Source of the DNA: Camelus ferus
Taxonomy: Eukaryota
Direction of reading: 5' to 3'
Assembly (NCBI RefSeq): GCF_009834535.1
Contig: NC_045707.1
Coordinates: forward strand, 60,762,001 to 60,826,000
DNA length: 64,000 bases
Shown one piece after another: positions 1-12,704 of this stretch; positions within the stretch are counted from its first letter, which is position 1, and every line of letters starts with the position of its first letter. A program made the position numbers and the translations under genes. The notes under the pieces were generated by a model, which searched no databases, had not been told where the DNA came from, and saw only the letters and a list, made by a program, of their open reading frames with translations.

Positions 1-719
1 AGATTTGTCAGAGTACTAATTTTGGTGGTTTTGCCTTACCAAAATTGGGCCCTAATAAGATACACTCTCTTTTTTTCACCACTTCTATAGTTGACCTTGA
101 TAAGAAGCATATTTAATACTTTGCTGTAATGTTTCCATTTATGAGGTCAAAGTGAGAGATTAAAAGCTTGAGGAAGACAGGAATTCGGCCCCTGCCTTGA
201 AAGCACTGCCATCACAGGCTCCCTGTGCACTGACCCGACACAGGGAGAGGTGGTTGGCTTTCTTTATTCTCCCCACCTAAGCCCTCATTCAGGTCCCATC
301 CAGGGGCTTGTTCTCTCGCTTGTGCTTGTCCTCTCTGCGTGCTATGAGGCCTGCACAGTTTATCCTATCTGGAGCATCCTGCCAATTGTTGGCTCGTAGC
401 AAAAATTCCCACTCTTATCTTTGTTTTTCTTCCTGCCAGCTGATCCTGGGTGTAATTCTGAAGAGGGCAGGCATAAAGGAGGTGGAAGAGGAGCTACCCA
501 CCTTTTCTCAGCAGTTTCTTGGAGAACCATACCTTTTAGGTTTCACCTGCTGACCCCATTCCAGCAGCTGCATTTTCTATAATACTAGAGATAGATACAA
601 GACGCTGGGTTTTCTAAGGTACTAGGTTCTGGCCCTGTGACCTGATTTTTAGATTCTGCATCAATATCTATATTCAGTTTATTAGTTGCATTATTAGTCT
701 ATTAATTGCATTAATGAAC

Positions 720-1560
720 ATTGCAAAAAAACCACATAAACTGATGCAAAGGATAATTGATAAACTAGGGGAGATTTCTGCAAATTAGGCCATACAGAAA
801 GTATTAATCTCCCTAAAATAAAAAAGGCTCTTAGACATTAAATGAAAATGATCAACAACCTAATAGGAAAAAGGAGTAGAGAAATTGACCAAGCAGTTAA
901 AAAATGAAGTAATAGAAACAGTCCTTAAACATGTAAACTTCATTCAAAATAAAAAAGGTACAAATTCAAGCCTTAATAAGATCTATTTTTCATCCATCAC
1001 ATTGACCAAAAATCCAAATGCTTTTATACTCCAGTTCTGCTTTCTTTTATCTGTCTAGAAATTTATTTCTCTCAGAATATGAGGCAGGTTCTTATAAGTC
1101 ACAGTAAGATCTTGAGAGATGCCCATTTTTCCCAAATTCTTCTATTACCTTGCACTTTTCACACACATAATCCTTAAGATCCCTCCAAATCAGTTTATCA
1201 TGTTCTGTGAGGTGGATGTGCCATACCTTATTTAACCAGTCAGCTATGGCTGGACACTTGAGTTATCTAATCTTTTACTATTATAAACCCTGTTGTAACA
1301 ATCCTATACGTATGTCATTTTCCCAAATTGAAAGGTTGCACTTCTGGCAACGCACACTATTGCCAAGGTTGTGTGGGGCCACAGGCACTCAACAGACGGC
1401 TGCTGGGTGATAAAAACTAGCACAGGGCCTTTGAAAGGAATCTGGCAGCATCTACCAAAATTGTAGATGCATTCAATCTTTGATCCAGTAATCCCGCTTC
1501 TGGGAATGACTCCTACAGATACAACTCCAGATTATGGAAAATGATTCCTACAAGTTGCTT
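720..1560. mobile_element. Old L1 (L1M/L1ME-like) fragments in mixed orientation
   Basis: Degenerate L1 ORF2 3' motifs such as 'tttgatccagtaatcccgcttctgggaat'. Confidence 0.55.
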
Positions 1561-1704
1561 TACTTGGTTATTTTTGCCCTCTATTTTAAATGTGACTTGT
1601 GCTTTCCAATCATATCTCATATTCAGTTGTTGATTTGATTAATATGAAGGAGAATTTGTGATATATTCTGTAAAAGTTTTTGCATATATCATTTTGTTTT
1701 TTAG

Positions 1705-1786
1705 GGCTGCTCTTGAAGAAAATCCTTATTTCCGTTTGAAGAAAGTAGTGAAATGGTATTTGTCTGGATTCTATAAAAAGCCAAAG
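1705..1786 (+). CDS. OSBPL8: OSBPL8 (ORP8) internal coding exon, ORD lipid-binding domain (AALEENPYFRLKKVVKWYLSGFYKKPK)
   Basis: ttttag|G acceptor, AAG|gtaatg donor; 82 nt, phase 2->0; peptide matches ORP8 as recalled; upstream exons lie outside the window. Confidence 0.95.
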
Positions 1787-2081
1787 GTAATGTTTATGTT
1801 TTCCTTTACTATAGCCTTATATGCACTTTATTTTTTAGGATACCTTAAAATTATTTACTAATAATTGCACTGCAGGGCCTCTTTGAGTTAGCAAATTGTA
1901 AAATGCTTGATTATTTAGACTTGTATTATGACTGAAGTCATTTAATTTTATTTTATTTCACTCCTGTGAAATTGTATAAAGATAGTTCCCAGATGATACA
2001 GTTAAACCCATCTTAACTGGTTTAAATTAGTACTTTGAATCATTCATATTTATAATCTGAAACTTGTATATTTTTTACTAG

Positions 2082-2180
2082 GGACTGAAGAAACCTTATA
2101 ATCCTATACTTGGTGAGACGTTCCGTTGTTTGTGGTTTCATCCCAGAACAAACAGCAAAACTTTTTATATTGCTGAACAG
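2082..2180 (+). CDS. OSBPL8: OSBPL8 coding exon (GLKKPYNPILGETFRCLWFHPRTNSKTFYIAEQ)
   Basis: ttactag|GGA acceptor, CAG|gtatta donor; 99 nt; OSBP-family KPYNPILGETF motif. Confidence 0.96.
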
Positions 2181-3034
2181 GTATTAGAAATGTATTTTAC
2201 AGAAACAAAACTGATTTGGAAGTTATTGGTATATTTTTATAGAAAATATTAACTCAGTGAATTCACTGGTGATTAACCTTTCTCATTAGTGAGCATTTGG
2301 TAAGCATTTAACCTGTTAGTATTGACTACTGCTAAATACCGTACTCTACTTAAGTATTACTGTTACAGTCATGGAATCCTGTGATCAGAGTAAACCTTTA
2401 GTTTTCTTTCTCTGCCCCACTTTTTTGGGGAGGACCAAGTACTTTAGTGGTTCCCCAGTTCCTGAATCAAATTTACACCCATTTGCCTGACATTCAGGGT
2501 CCCCATATCTTTCTAAATTTATCTCAAATTACATGCCTTTCTAAGCCCTCCAGTTAGTCATATCTGTGCATTCACAATTAAATAACCTGATACTGCACTT
2601 TTTTGCCTCACTATTTTTAAATTTAATTCTTCCATCCCAATATTTCTTCCCAGCTATTCTTCATCTAAACAAACCCTGACCTACTTACCTTCCTTATACA
2701 GAGTATAAGGAGGATGAGGAGACCGTCCTCTTTTGAGGAGCCAACCTTATTTGAAAAACCTTCCTCTTTCTAAGAGATTTTGATATTCCCCTCAGATTGA
2801 AGCCACTTATCTATGTTAATTTTTTAATAATTAGTGGTTATACTATCTTGCATTTTAGTTGACTGTAATTCTTCACTACGTTGAGAAGCTCGAGAAATGT
2901 TTATTTTAGCTTTGTCTCATTTCAAAAAACATAAGATGTAGACATATCGAAATATTAGATTATTAAAATAACTTTTGTTAAAGCTTCTGTTAGTTTTCTA
3001 CAGTTTATTCAGTCATCTAATGAAGAATAGCCAC

Positions 3035-3510
3035 TGTAATAGTTACCCATTGCTGTATAATAGACTCAAAACTTAATGGCTTAAGACAACAAACATTTAT
3101 TTATTATCTCATACAGTGAGGTTCAGGAATATGAGCCATTTAGCTGGGTGGTTCTAGCTCAGGATCTCTCATGAGGTTGAGGTCAAGATGTCAGCCAGCT
3201 TTGCAGTCCTCTGAAGCTTACCTTGTCTGGAGGATTCTGCTTCCAAGCTCATCACATGGCTTTTGACAAGAAGATTCAGTTCCTTACCACATAGGTCTCT
3301 CCATAGAGTTGTTCACAACATGGAAGCTGGCTTCTCAGAGCTAATGATCTGAGAGAGAGAGAAAGAGAGACACCAAAGTAGATGCTGCATTATAACCGAA
3401 TTTCAGAAGTGACATACTATTACTTCCACACAAACTTTGGTACAGTGTAAGCTTACCTAATGGTGTGAATACCAGGAGGTGGGTTTCCTTGGGATCTTGG
3501 AGATTGGTCA
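3035..3510. mobile_element. MaLR LTR (MLT1-like)
   Basis: 'aaaacttaatggcttaagacaacaaacatttat...tagctgggtggttctagctcaggatctctcatgaggttg' is typical of MLT1. Confidence 0.75.
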
Positions 3511-3657
3511 ATACAATTATCAATATTTAATTTTACTACTTACTAAATGTTTCTTCTTATTCATTATTAGAATATACTTTTAAGGCTTGAACTTTTGGTA
3601 ATAGCAGAATAGTATGCTTATATTATTGTATTTTATGTTTTTTCCTGTGTTCAATAG

Positions 3658-3754
3658 GTGTCCCATCATCCACCAATATCTGCCTTTTATGTTAGTAACC
3701 GAAAAGATGGATTTTGCCTTAGTGGTAGTATCCTGGCTAAGTCCAAGTTCTATG
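3658..3754 (+). CDS. OSBPL8: OSBPL8 coding exon (VSHHPPISAFYVSNRKDGFCLSGSILAKSKFY)
   Basis: caatag|GTG acceptor, ATG|gtgagt donor; 97 nt; completes the OSBP signature EQVSHHPP. Confidence 0.97.
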
Positions 3755-4428
3755 GTGAGTTTACCCTTGTCTTAATCTGTACCCTTTTTTGGGAGATAGT
3801 GTTTTCTGGTGAGCTTTTATATAGACAATGTCTTGGGATGTTTTCAGTAGGGACTTTATATGTCATTTTAAGTATCATCTTTACTTGGATAATGACCTTT
3901 TTTTTTTTTCTTTGCCCATTCATAAATAGAGGTATAACTCATTTTATGTAAGTATTCATCACATATGTGTAAATTTGCCACAAATACCACTTATCAAAAG
4001 ACAGAATAATGATTGCCCACTATAGCTAGCCATTTTAGTGCATAATGTATTGCTTAGCTCTACTAAGGTTTTTTGTTCCATCTCAGTGTACCTGAGGGGT
4101 TGATCTTTTTATTTAGTCCTTGAATAGACAGAGAAAGAATACAAATATATTTAGAATCCATAGTCCAGGGATAATCAGTTTAAGATTTTTCTTAAGAGCT
4201 TCATGTAAAGTAACACAATAAACACATAATAAGTACCTTATAAAGTACTCATTTTGTAAGAATAGGAATATGGATCGAATCTGTTTTGGACATAAGATAA
4301 ATAAATATTTGGATACATTGAGACTTTTTAAGACAGTCCACTGTAGGTATCTGGTAGGTGTCTTAAATATATTGTTTTGAATTGGTTGAATTACTTTTGT
4401 GAAATTTAATAAACAATATTTATTTCAG

Positions 4429-4527
4429 GAAACTCCTTATCTGCAATATTAGAAGGAGAAGCACGGTTAACTTTCTTGAACAGAGGTGAAGATTATGTAA
4501 TGACAATGCCATATGCTCATTGTAAAG
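4429..4527 (+). CDS. OSBPL8: OSBPL8 coding exon (NSLSAILEGEARLTFLNRGEDYVMTMPYAHCK)
   Basis: tttcag|GA acceptor, AAG|gtaaat donor; 99 nt, phase 1->1. Confidence 0.96.
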
Positions 4528-4570
4528 GTAAATATTTTCCATACTTGAGTTTGGTTTTCCTTAAACTTTC

Positions 4571-4861
4571 TTTTTTTTTAATTTATTTTTTTAAATTGAG
4601 GTATAGTCAGTTTACAATGTTGTGTCAATTTCTGGTGTACAGCATAATGTTTCAGTCATACATGTACGTACATATATTCATTTTCATATTCTTTTTCATT
4701 ATAGGTTACTATAAGATATTGAATGTAGCTCCCTGTGCTATATTGTAGAAACTTGTTGTTTCTCTGTTTTATATATATTAGTTAGTATCTGCAAATCTCG
4801 AACTCCCAATTTATCGCTTCCCACTCCCTTTCCCCCCTGGTAACCATAAGTTTGTTTTCTA
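4571..4861 (-). mobile_element. Short 5'-truncated L1 3' end (cetartiodactyl/camelid type), ~45 nt downstream of an OSBPL8 donor
   Basis: Reverse complement matches the 3' end of the L1 at 8520-8790; T-rich tail on left; imperfect TSD tccttaaactttc / tccttaagccttc. Confidence 0.85.
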
Positions 4862-5339
4862 TCCTTAAGCCTTCCTTTAAAGCAAATGTATATGGCTGTA
4901 ATTTGTTATGTTTTGAGATTGATGCAGTCAGACCTTTGAAAGTGTCCTTGGTTTACAGATACTTAAGATTATTGTTATCATCCGCTCATTATTTCTATGG
5001 TGAATTAATTCACCCACAATGGACTTTTTGTGACACACACTTTAGTTGGAAGAGGCTGATTTATAATAATGGAATTTCATTTGCCTTATCTGCAAGTTTT
5101 AAAATTGGATAAAACTGCCCATTATTTCAGAATCCTTAAAAGTGATACTCATCTTCTTGTACCACAACATCTTTTTAAAATTTTAATTTATTGTTTTTCA
5201 GTGTACTAAGTTCTTTAAATTTTTCCTAATCCTTATTTTTCAGTTTCTTAAAAATTAATGTATTATACTTTTCCACCACTATTTAGTATAATGCAGATAA
5301 CAATATTAAATAATAACTATCATTTACAACAAGCTAGGC

Positions 5340-5480
5340 ACCCAACTATTCTGTGCACTTTACATTTGTAAACTCATTTAATCATTCCGGCAGCCCTATA
5401 AAGTAGGCAATATTATTCCTGTTTTATGGACAAGGAAAATGAGGCACAAAGAGGTTAATTTGCCTACAGTCATGCAGCTC
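5340..5480 (-). mobile_element. MIR SINE
   Basis: 'ctcatttaatc...attattcctgttttatggacaaggaaaatgaggcacaaagaggttaa' MIR core. Confidence 0.7.
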
Positions 5481-6241
5481 TGCCATCTGCACTGCAATGC
5501 TATAGGGCATCAGCTTAAACACTCAGCTTGGCCATTATCTGTACCCTCCTTTCCAATCTATTTCTTACAAATAATTTTTTAGGGTAATTATCCTCTATTT
5601 TAGGAACTGATTCATGAAAACATAGAAATTATTTAATATGGCCTCATTTCACAGATGAAAAACTAGGAGAGTGAATATCTAAAGCCAAACCAGCTAGTTA
5701 GTTAGTAAGATTGCTGAGACTAAACTCTAGGCTTGTTGACTCCCATCCACTGTACCGTGAACCTACCTGGTACTAAGTATGAGAGTGCCAACTTGTGGTC
5801 TCAGGCTAGATAATTCTTAGAGCTTCATGTGTGGTTCTTGAAATAGGCATGAAGTAAAATATCTGAAATCATGAATTGATAAGAAATATATTTTTAAGTT
5901 TTATATAATTTGGAATAAATAAAATATTTTATACAGATGGATACCTAATGCCATACCCAAATAGCAACAGGGAATAATTTTTTTATAGCAATGTTTGTAT
6001 TGCATGAAAAAAAGAAGGGCTATATAACCCCTTGTGAATAAGCACAGGAAATGATTATTTTCTACCTTTGTGTATTTTCTAAAATATGTTCCCCAAATCA
6101 GCAGTCTCAAATTGTTTTATAAAATAAGAACTCTATAGCCAAATAAGTATGAGAAACATTGCACAGTCTGTTCCCCTCTTGAAAATTAACATCATGTATT
6201 TTCATATTAAAGGCGGCCTTAAGAGTTTAGTCCAAGAACAG

Positions 6242-6243
<2 letters not shown>

Positions 6244-6288
<45 letters not shown>
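6244..6288. repeat. (CA)n microsatellite
   Basis: Directly visible, ~22 units. Confidence 0.97.
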
Positions 6289-6291
<3 letters not shown>

Positions 6292-6376
6292 CCTGTTTAA
6301 CTTGTCAAACTCAGAATTTCCCCAACTTTTAGTCAAGAACCAAAATAGGAAGTTTTTAAAATTTTTCTCACTTACA

Positions 6377-6586
6377 CAGTTGATTCTTATTATTTGCAGT
6401 ACTTATGTTCTATAAAGTCACAACAAACACTGAATTAATGAATACTAAACTATTGCTCTTAAAGGAAACACATGGTTAGGTTCCTGCAAGCCTCTTGTCA
6501 CATTTTCACTAACCAGTTGAAACATAACCTTGTTTCTATTTAAAGACACCTTATTAAATATATATTTTTGATTTATTAACATTGAG
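6377..6586. mobile_element. TcMar-Tigger MITE (MER82-like), left part, split by L1
   Basis: Terminal 'cagttgattcttattatttgcag' is inverted-complementary to 'ctgcaaataatgtggatcaactg' at ~9196-9218. Confidence 0.75.
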
Positions 6587-8803
6587 TGAAAAATTGAAAG
6601 CATTCTGGCTAAAATCTGGAACAAGACAAGCATGCCCACTCACCAATTCTATTCAACATAGTATTTGGAGTCCTAGCCATAGCACTGGACAAGAAAAAGA
6701 AATGAGGGATCCAAATTGGAAGAAAAGAGGTAAAATTGTCACTATTTATAGATGATATGATATATATATATATAGAACACCCTAGAGGCTCCACACAAAA
6801 ATTACCAAAGCTGATAAAAGAATTCAGTAAGGTAGCAGGATACAAATTTAACATACAGAAACGAGTTGCATTTCTTTACACTAACAGTGAGGATATCAGA
6901 AAAGGAAAGTAAAGAAAGCATCACTTTTAAAATTGCATCCAAAAAAAAAAAAAAAAAAACACCTAGGAATAAACCTGACCAAGGAAGTGAAAGACTTATA
7001 ACAGAGAACTGTAAAACATTGATTAAGGAAATTAAAGATGATTTAAAGAAATGGAAAGATATTCCATGCTCTTGGATTAGAATAATCAGTATTGTTAAAT
7101 TGGCCATAATATCCAAAGCAATCTACAGGTTTAACGCAATCCTTAACAAATTACCCAAGACAGTTTTCACAGAACTAGAACAAATAATCCTAAAACTTAT
7201 ATGGAATCACAAAAGACCTAGAATTGCCAAAGCAATCCCAAAGAAAAAGAACGAATCTGAAGGAATAACCCTCCCAGACTTTAGACAATACTACAGAGTT
7301 ACAGTAATCAAAATAGCATGGTACTGGCACAAAAACAGACATAGGGATCAATGGAACAGAATAGAAAGCCCAGAAGTAAATCCACATGCTTACAGTCAAT
7401 TAATCTTCAACAAAGGAGGCAAGAATATACGATGGAGAAAAGACAGTCTCTTCAACAAGCGGTGTTGGAAATGCTGGACGGTGGCATATAAATCAATGAA
7501 GTCAGAACACTCCCTCACTCCATACACAAAAATAAACTCAAAATGGCTTAAAGACTTTGACATAAGATAAGACACTATAAACCTCCTGGAAGAAAACATA
7601 GGCAAAACATTCTCTGACATAAATCTTAGCAATATTCTCCTAGGGCAGTCTACCCCAGGCAATAGAAATAAAAGCAAAAATGAACATATAGGACTTAATT
7701 AAACTTATAAGCTTTTGCACAGCAAAGGAAACCATAAGCAAAACAAAAAGACAGCCTACAGAATGGGAGAAAAATTTTGCAAATGATGTGACTGACAAGG
7801 GCTTAATTTCCAGAATATATAAACAGCTCATACAACTTAATAAGAAAAAAACAATCAATAAACGGGCAGAAGATCTAAAGAAGCAGTTCTCCAGTGAAGA
7901 CATACAAATGGGCAATAGACACATGAAAAAATACTCAATATTGCTAATTATCAGAAAAATGCACATCAAAACTACAGTGGGGTATCACCTCATACCAGTC
8001 AGAATGGCCATCATTAAAACATCCACAAATGATAAATGCTGAAAAGGCTGTGGAGAAAAGGGACTCCTCCTACACTGTTGGTGGGAATATAGTTTGGTGT
8101 AGCCATTATGGAATACGGTATGGAGATTCCTCAAAAAACTAAAAACAGACTTACCATATGATCCAGCAATCACACACCTGGGCATATATCCAGAGGGAAC
8201 TCTAAAAAAGATGCACCCCAATGTTCATAGCAGCACTATTTACAATAGTCAAAACATAGAAACAACCTAAATGTCCATCAACAGAGGACTAGATAAAGAA
8301 GCTGTGGTATATTTATACAATGGAATACTACTCAGCCATAAAAAAGAATAAACAATGCCATTTGCAGCAACATGGACAGACCTGGAGATTGTCATTCTAA
8401 GTGAAGTAAGCCAGAAGGAGAAAGAAAAATACCATATGATATCATTTAATGTGTGGAATCTTAAAAAAAAAAAAGACAAATAAATTTATTTACAAAACAG
8501 AAACAGAGTTACAGACATAGAAAACAAACTTACAGTTACCAGAGGGTAAAGGGGGTGGGAAGGGATAAATTGGGAGTTCAAGATTTGCAGATACTAACTA
8601 CTATATATAAAATAGATAAACAAGTTTATACTGTATAGCACAGGCAACTATATTCAGTATCTTGTAGTAACCACTAATGAAAAAGAATATGAAAAGGAAT
8701 ATATATGTAAATGTATGCTTGAAACATTATGCTGTACACCAGAAATTGACACATTGTAAACTGAATAGACTTCAATTTAAGGAAAAAAAACAACAACACA
8801 AGA
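6587..8803 (+). mobile_element. 5'-truncated LINE-1 (~2.2 kb; disrupted ORF2 RT/C-terminus, 3' UTR, A-rich tail)
   Basis: ORF 6866-7570 encodes L1 ORF2 peptides ([27 protein letters not shown]); 9-bp TSD AACATTGAG at 6578-6586 and 8804-8812. Confidence 0.95.
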
Positions 8804-9218
8804 AACATTGAGCTGATAGCCAACAGCACTGTTAACTCATGCCTGAACTAAACTTTAACACATGTGTTTTCTCCATAAGGTATATCACAGCCTTCTGTGC
8901 TTAGGAACACCAGACAGCAATTTAGCACTACATTTAGGGGGCATTGTAAATAGTAAAATCACCAACAAAAAGCACAAATATGTGAAAAATGTGACACTAA
9001 ATACACTGCAAGAAAGACATTTGTTTACTGTAGAGTCTCACCTTGTTTGATTTCAGCTGGCAGTGTGCACACTGAACAACTCAAATATTTCACCACTCTG
9101 TGCATGTCCATGAATGACTGCAAAAATGCTGTGGGTATTGATTTGGGGATTACTTAGTACATTTTAGTGAGAATATAAATTTACAAATATGGAATCTGCA
9201 AATAATGTGGATCAACTG
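8804..9218. mobile_element. TcMar-Tigger MITE (MER82-like), right part
   Basis: Continues the left part across the TSD and ends in the matching terminal inverted repeat. Confidence 0.75.
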
Positions 9219-9395
9219 TTACCCATTTAAATCCTACAGAACCAACTTTATGTGTATGTTACAGATTGTTACTGGGTGACACAGAATCCTCTTGAATTAT
9301 TAGTTTCTCCTACAAGGAGATTAGATTATAAAGTTCTACTTGTTATTAGCCAATGTCTCTCTTCAAGCTCTTGTCCAAATTTTTTTTTTCTTTAG

Positions 9396-9493
9396 GAATT
9401 CTTTATGGCACAATGACACTTGAGCTTGGTGGAACAGTCAATATTACATGTCAAAAAACTGGATACAGTGCAATACTTGAATTCAAACTAAAG
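9396..9493 (+). CDS. OSBPL8: OSBPL8 coding exon (ILYGTMTLELGGTVNITCQKTGYSAILEFKLK)
   Basis: poly-T tract + tttag|GA acceptor, AAG|gttagt donor; 98 nt, phase 1->0. Confidence 0.96.
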
Positions 9494-9827
9494 GTTAGTA
9501 GAGAATGATAGGTTATCACCTAAATAAAGAGAAGCTGTGCTACAAATACTGAACAAAGACCACAGTTTAGTTCCTAATTAAAAACCACTTATAAGAATAT
9601 AGAATTCATGAAGGGGCAGCCTTGGAAGATCCAAATCAACAGAAAGCCATTATTTTTTGTTTTTAATTTTAATTAATAAAACTGTTGGTATTATACAGGA
9701 GATTATATAGGAGATGAGATTTAAGAAGTGAATGAATGGAAATTTCTTAGAAAATTGAAATATTGCTTTAGAGAATACCAAAAAGATGTATCGGCATAAG
9801 CTACAGCTGTGTACACTAAGTCAAGAG

Positions 9828-10450
9828 TTATATTACTTACTGCTTCTGCCTAGCAATTCACTCTACAACTCGCAAGCATAGAAACAACTATGTTCTGATC
9901 CTCAGGGGTTCTACAGGTTGAGAGTTTGGACAGGGCATATTGGGGATGACTTACCTCTGCTACATAATGTCTGGGGCCACAGTTAGGAAGACTTGCAGGC
10001 CACAAGAAACTCAACAGTTGGGGCCTGGTGTCAACTGAAGGCTTACCATGTCTGATGACATGTAAGTCATGTGGGGATGACTAAAAAACTAGGACTGCAG
10101 ATCTGAGCACCTGTATGCATGACTTTTCCATGTGACTTGTTTTCTTCATATCATGGAAGCCTTAAGGTAGTCAGACTTCTTGGCAGCTCAGGGTTCCAAG
10201 TGCACGTGTTCTTGTGAGCAAGGCAGAAACTGCACTGCTGTACAGACCTAGCCTCAGAAGTCAAATTGTATCACTTCCATGGTCCTCTACTAGTTGAAGA
10301 GTTATAAACACACCTAAATTCGAGAGGAAGGGATGTAGACCCCACTTCTCAATGAGAGGATGACAAGATCTCACTGAGGAAGAGCATGTGGGCTGAAGGA
10401 GGGAGGGTAGCTATTACTGAGGCCATCTTTGGAAAATTCCATCTGCCTCG
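9828..10450. mobile_element. MaLR LTR (MLT1-like)
   Basis: 'tttggacagggc...gacctagcctcagaagtc...cactgaggaagagcatgtggg...gccatctttggaaaa' MLT1 motifs. Confidence 0.7.
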
Positions 10451-11237
10451 GTGTAAAAGAGAAGTATAAGACATTTTCACAGTGTCTTTTGTTGGTGTTG
10501 AACAGTACATTGTTTAGATAAAAATGTTTCTGTGAATCATTTAATATTTACAACTAAATTGTTCCTATATTGATATCCAGCTAATCAGCATCTTTTCTCT
10601 AATAAAAAGGATCTCAAGTATTATTTGATGCAATCCCCTTTGATTTTTTTTTCTTCTTAGCAAATTTTTCACTTGTATGGTGATAATGATATTTGAAAAT
10701 CATGACTGAAGAGGCTTTAAGTAATTTATGATACCTTTAAGGATTAGATTGGAGCATCAAAATTTTGTCAGTGAGGAGAGACATCAGTAAGGCGATATAA
10801 TAATATATTCCTTATAATTTAATTTTTGGAAGTTTTTAAACTTTTGGTTGGGTATTGTTTTAAAGAGGGAGTTGCTATTTCTTTCAATAGATGAGGTAAG
10901 TATCTTATGTTTACTGACTTCTTATTGTTTAAAATATTGCAACATTGATAGAGTCAAGAGAGAGCACAGGATACAAGTCAGTTACTTCAGTGTGATCTTT
11001 CTTAATATGTTTATTTGGACTTCACATAGTCTGTTTTTACCTACATTTTCCATAGCAACAAATTTAAATTTATTTCTATTGAACATTTCTGACTAAATTT
11101 TGAGTCAGTATTTCATCATTTGTGCCTTCAACAGCACTGTAACTGTACAGTTACTATTTTTGGTTGTTTTTTGTCTGCGTTGTATGTAAGTATAAGTTAA
11201 AAGTAAAATATTTTTTCAACATTTTTTCTTTTAAAAG

Positions 11238-11327
11238 CCATTTCTAGGTAGTAGTGACTGTGTTAATCAAATATCAGGGAAACTAAAACTGGGAAAAGAA
11301 GTCTTAGCTACTTTGGAAGGACATTGG
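11238..11327 (+). CDS. OSBPL8: OSBPL8 coding exon (PFLGSSDCVNQISGKLKLGKEVLATLEGHW)
   Basis: ttttaaaag|CCA acceptor, TGG|gtaagt donor; 90 nt. Confidence 0.95.
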
Positions 11328-11539
11328 GTAAGTATTTTTATATTATAGCTTTACAAAAACAATTTTATTCTGTGGGAGAAAGTTAAGAATTGCAGTTTAT
11401 TGTAAGTTCACTTGTTTCATTGCTAAAAACATCACTATTCAATATAAACTAACTTAATAAATACTTTGGTATTAATCTGCCATCAGGAGTATTTAGTGTT
11501 ACATATTTTATCTTTCCAAAACTTTAAATCAATAAACAT

Positions 11540-11770
11540 AGCTAACATATATCACTTACCAGGTATTACATTGTTTAAAAATGTTATTTATATTAACTCA
11601 TTTAATATTTAATATAATAACCCAATGAGGTGGGTATTATTAGTGTTCCCATTTTACAGAGGAGGACACTGAGGCACAGAGAGTTTAAATAAGTTGATCA
11701 AAGTGGTGGAGTAAGAATTCCAGCCAGGCACTCTGGCTCCAGAGCTGTGCTTTTACACACAGCAGTATAC
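11540..11770 (-). mobile_element. MIR SINE
   Basis: 'cccattttacagaggaggacactgaggcacagagagtttaaataa' MIR core. Confidence 0.8.
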
Positions 11771-12567
11771 GGCCTCTCATCAGATGAAAGAGGCATTTCC
11801 ATTTGGAATTATATTTCCCTTTGAGGAACATGGAAAGGATATAGCAGTTTTTGAGAGCAATGGCTTTTATTTATTTTTCTGCTGACCTAAATTCACATTT
11901 ATGTAATTTTATTAAGAGGTGCTTAAATTAATAAAAAGGATCATATCGTGCTACTACCAAATGCACTCTCACCGTAAACACTGCTATATGCTATTTTCTG
12001 CATTATAATCAGAAGATGATGAAAAATATGAGAAAATGAAAATGGATCCAGAGATTCATCTAAGAGGCCACATATACTCTATTAATTTTTAAGATTTACT
12101 TCTATCTGAATATCATTTGGAACAAAGATAAAAACTGTCTTTTTTAAAATGAAATTTAGAACACTGCTCAAATTTTTAATGCTAAGAAAGGCTCTTTGGT
12201 TTTTCTACATACATAGAATACATAGTCTGCAGCATCTCATTGTAGCTAAAGCAAACACTATGCTCTACTTTGACAATTCGGAGATGGTTGTTGAGGCTTT
12301 GCATGTAATTGTCTAAAATTTGTTTATTGAGTGAAACTTTGAAATCTTACAAACTTTCTGTGTATTCAACCAATTTTTTAAAATGACAAGTATTATATAT
12401 TTAATCTTACTGTTTTTATAAGGATGATGAGATTTGAGGCTGTTAGAAAATGTATTTCATTGTGGGATTAAGTATCAGAAGAAATTATTACCTTATTACT
12501 AAACTATATAATTCCCTTTTAAATAAAGATAATTCTTTACATTAATTTTTAATTTCTTTAAATATAG

Positions 12568-12704
12568 GATAGTGAAGTTTTTATTAATGACAAAAAGACT
12601 GATAATTCAGAGGTCTTCTGGAATCCAACACCAGACATTAAGCAGTGGAGATTAATAAGACACACTGTGAAATTTGAAGAGCAGGGAGATTTTGAATCAG
12701 AGAA
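12568..12704 (+). CDS. OSBPL8: OSBPL8 coding exon (DSEVFINDKKTDNSEVFWNPTPDIKQWRLIRHTVKFEEQGDFESE)
   Basis: aatatag|GAT acceptor, GAA|gtaagt donor; 137 nt, phase 0->2. Confidence 0.96.

Noticed and set aside
6866..8042. ORFs of 234 and 84 aa as host genes or an active retrotransposon
   Set aside because: Fragments of L1 ORF2 in a 5'-truncated copy with stops and frameshifts; no ORF1, promoter or endonuclease domain.
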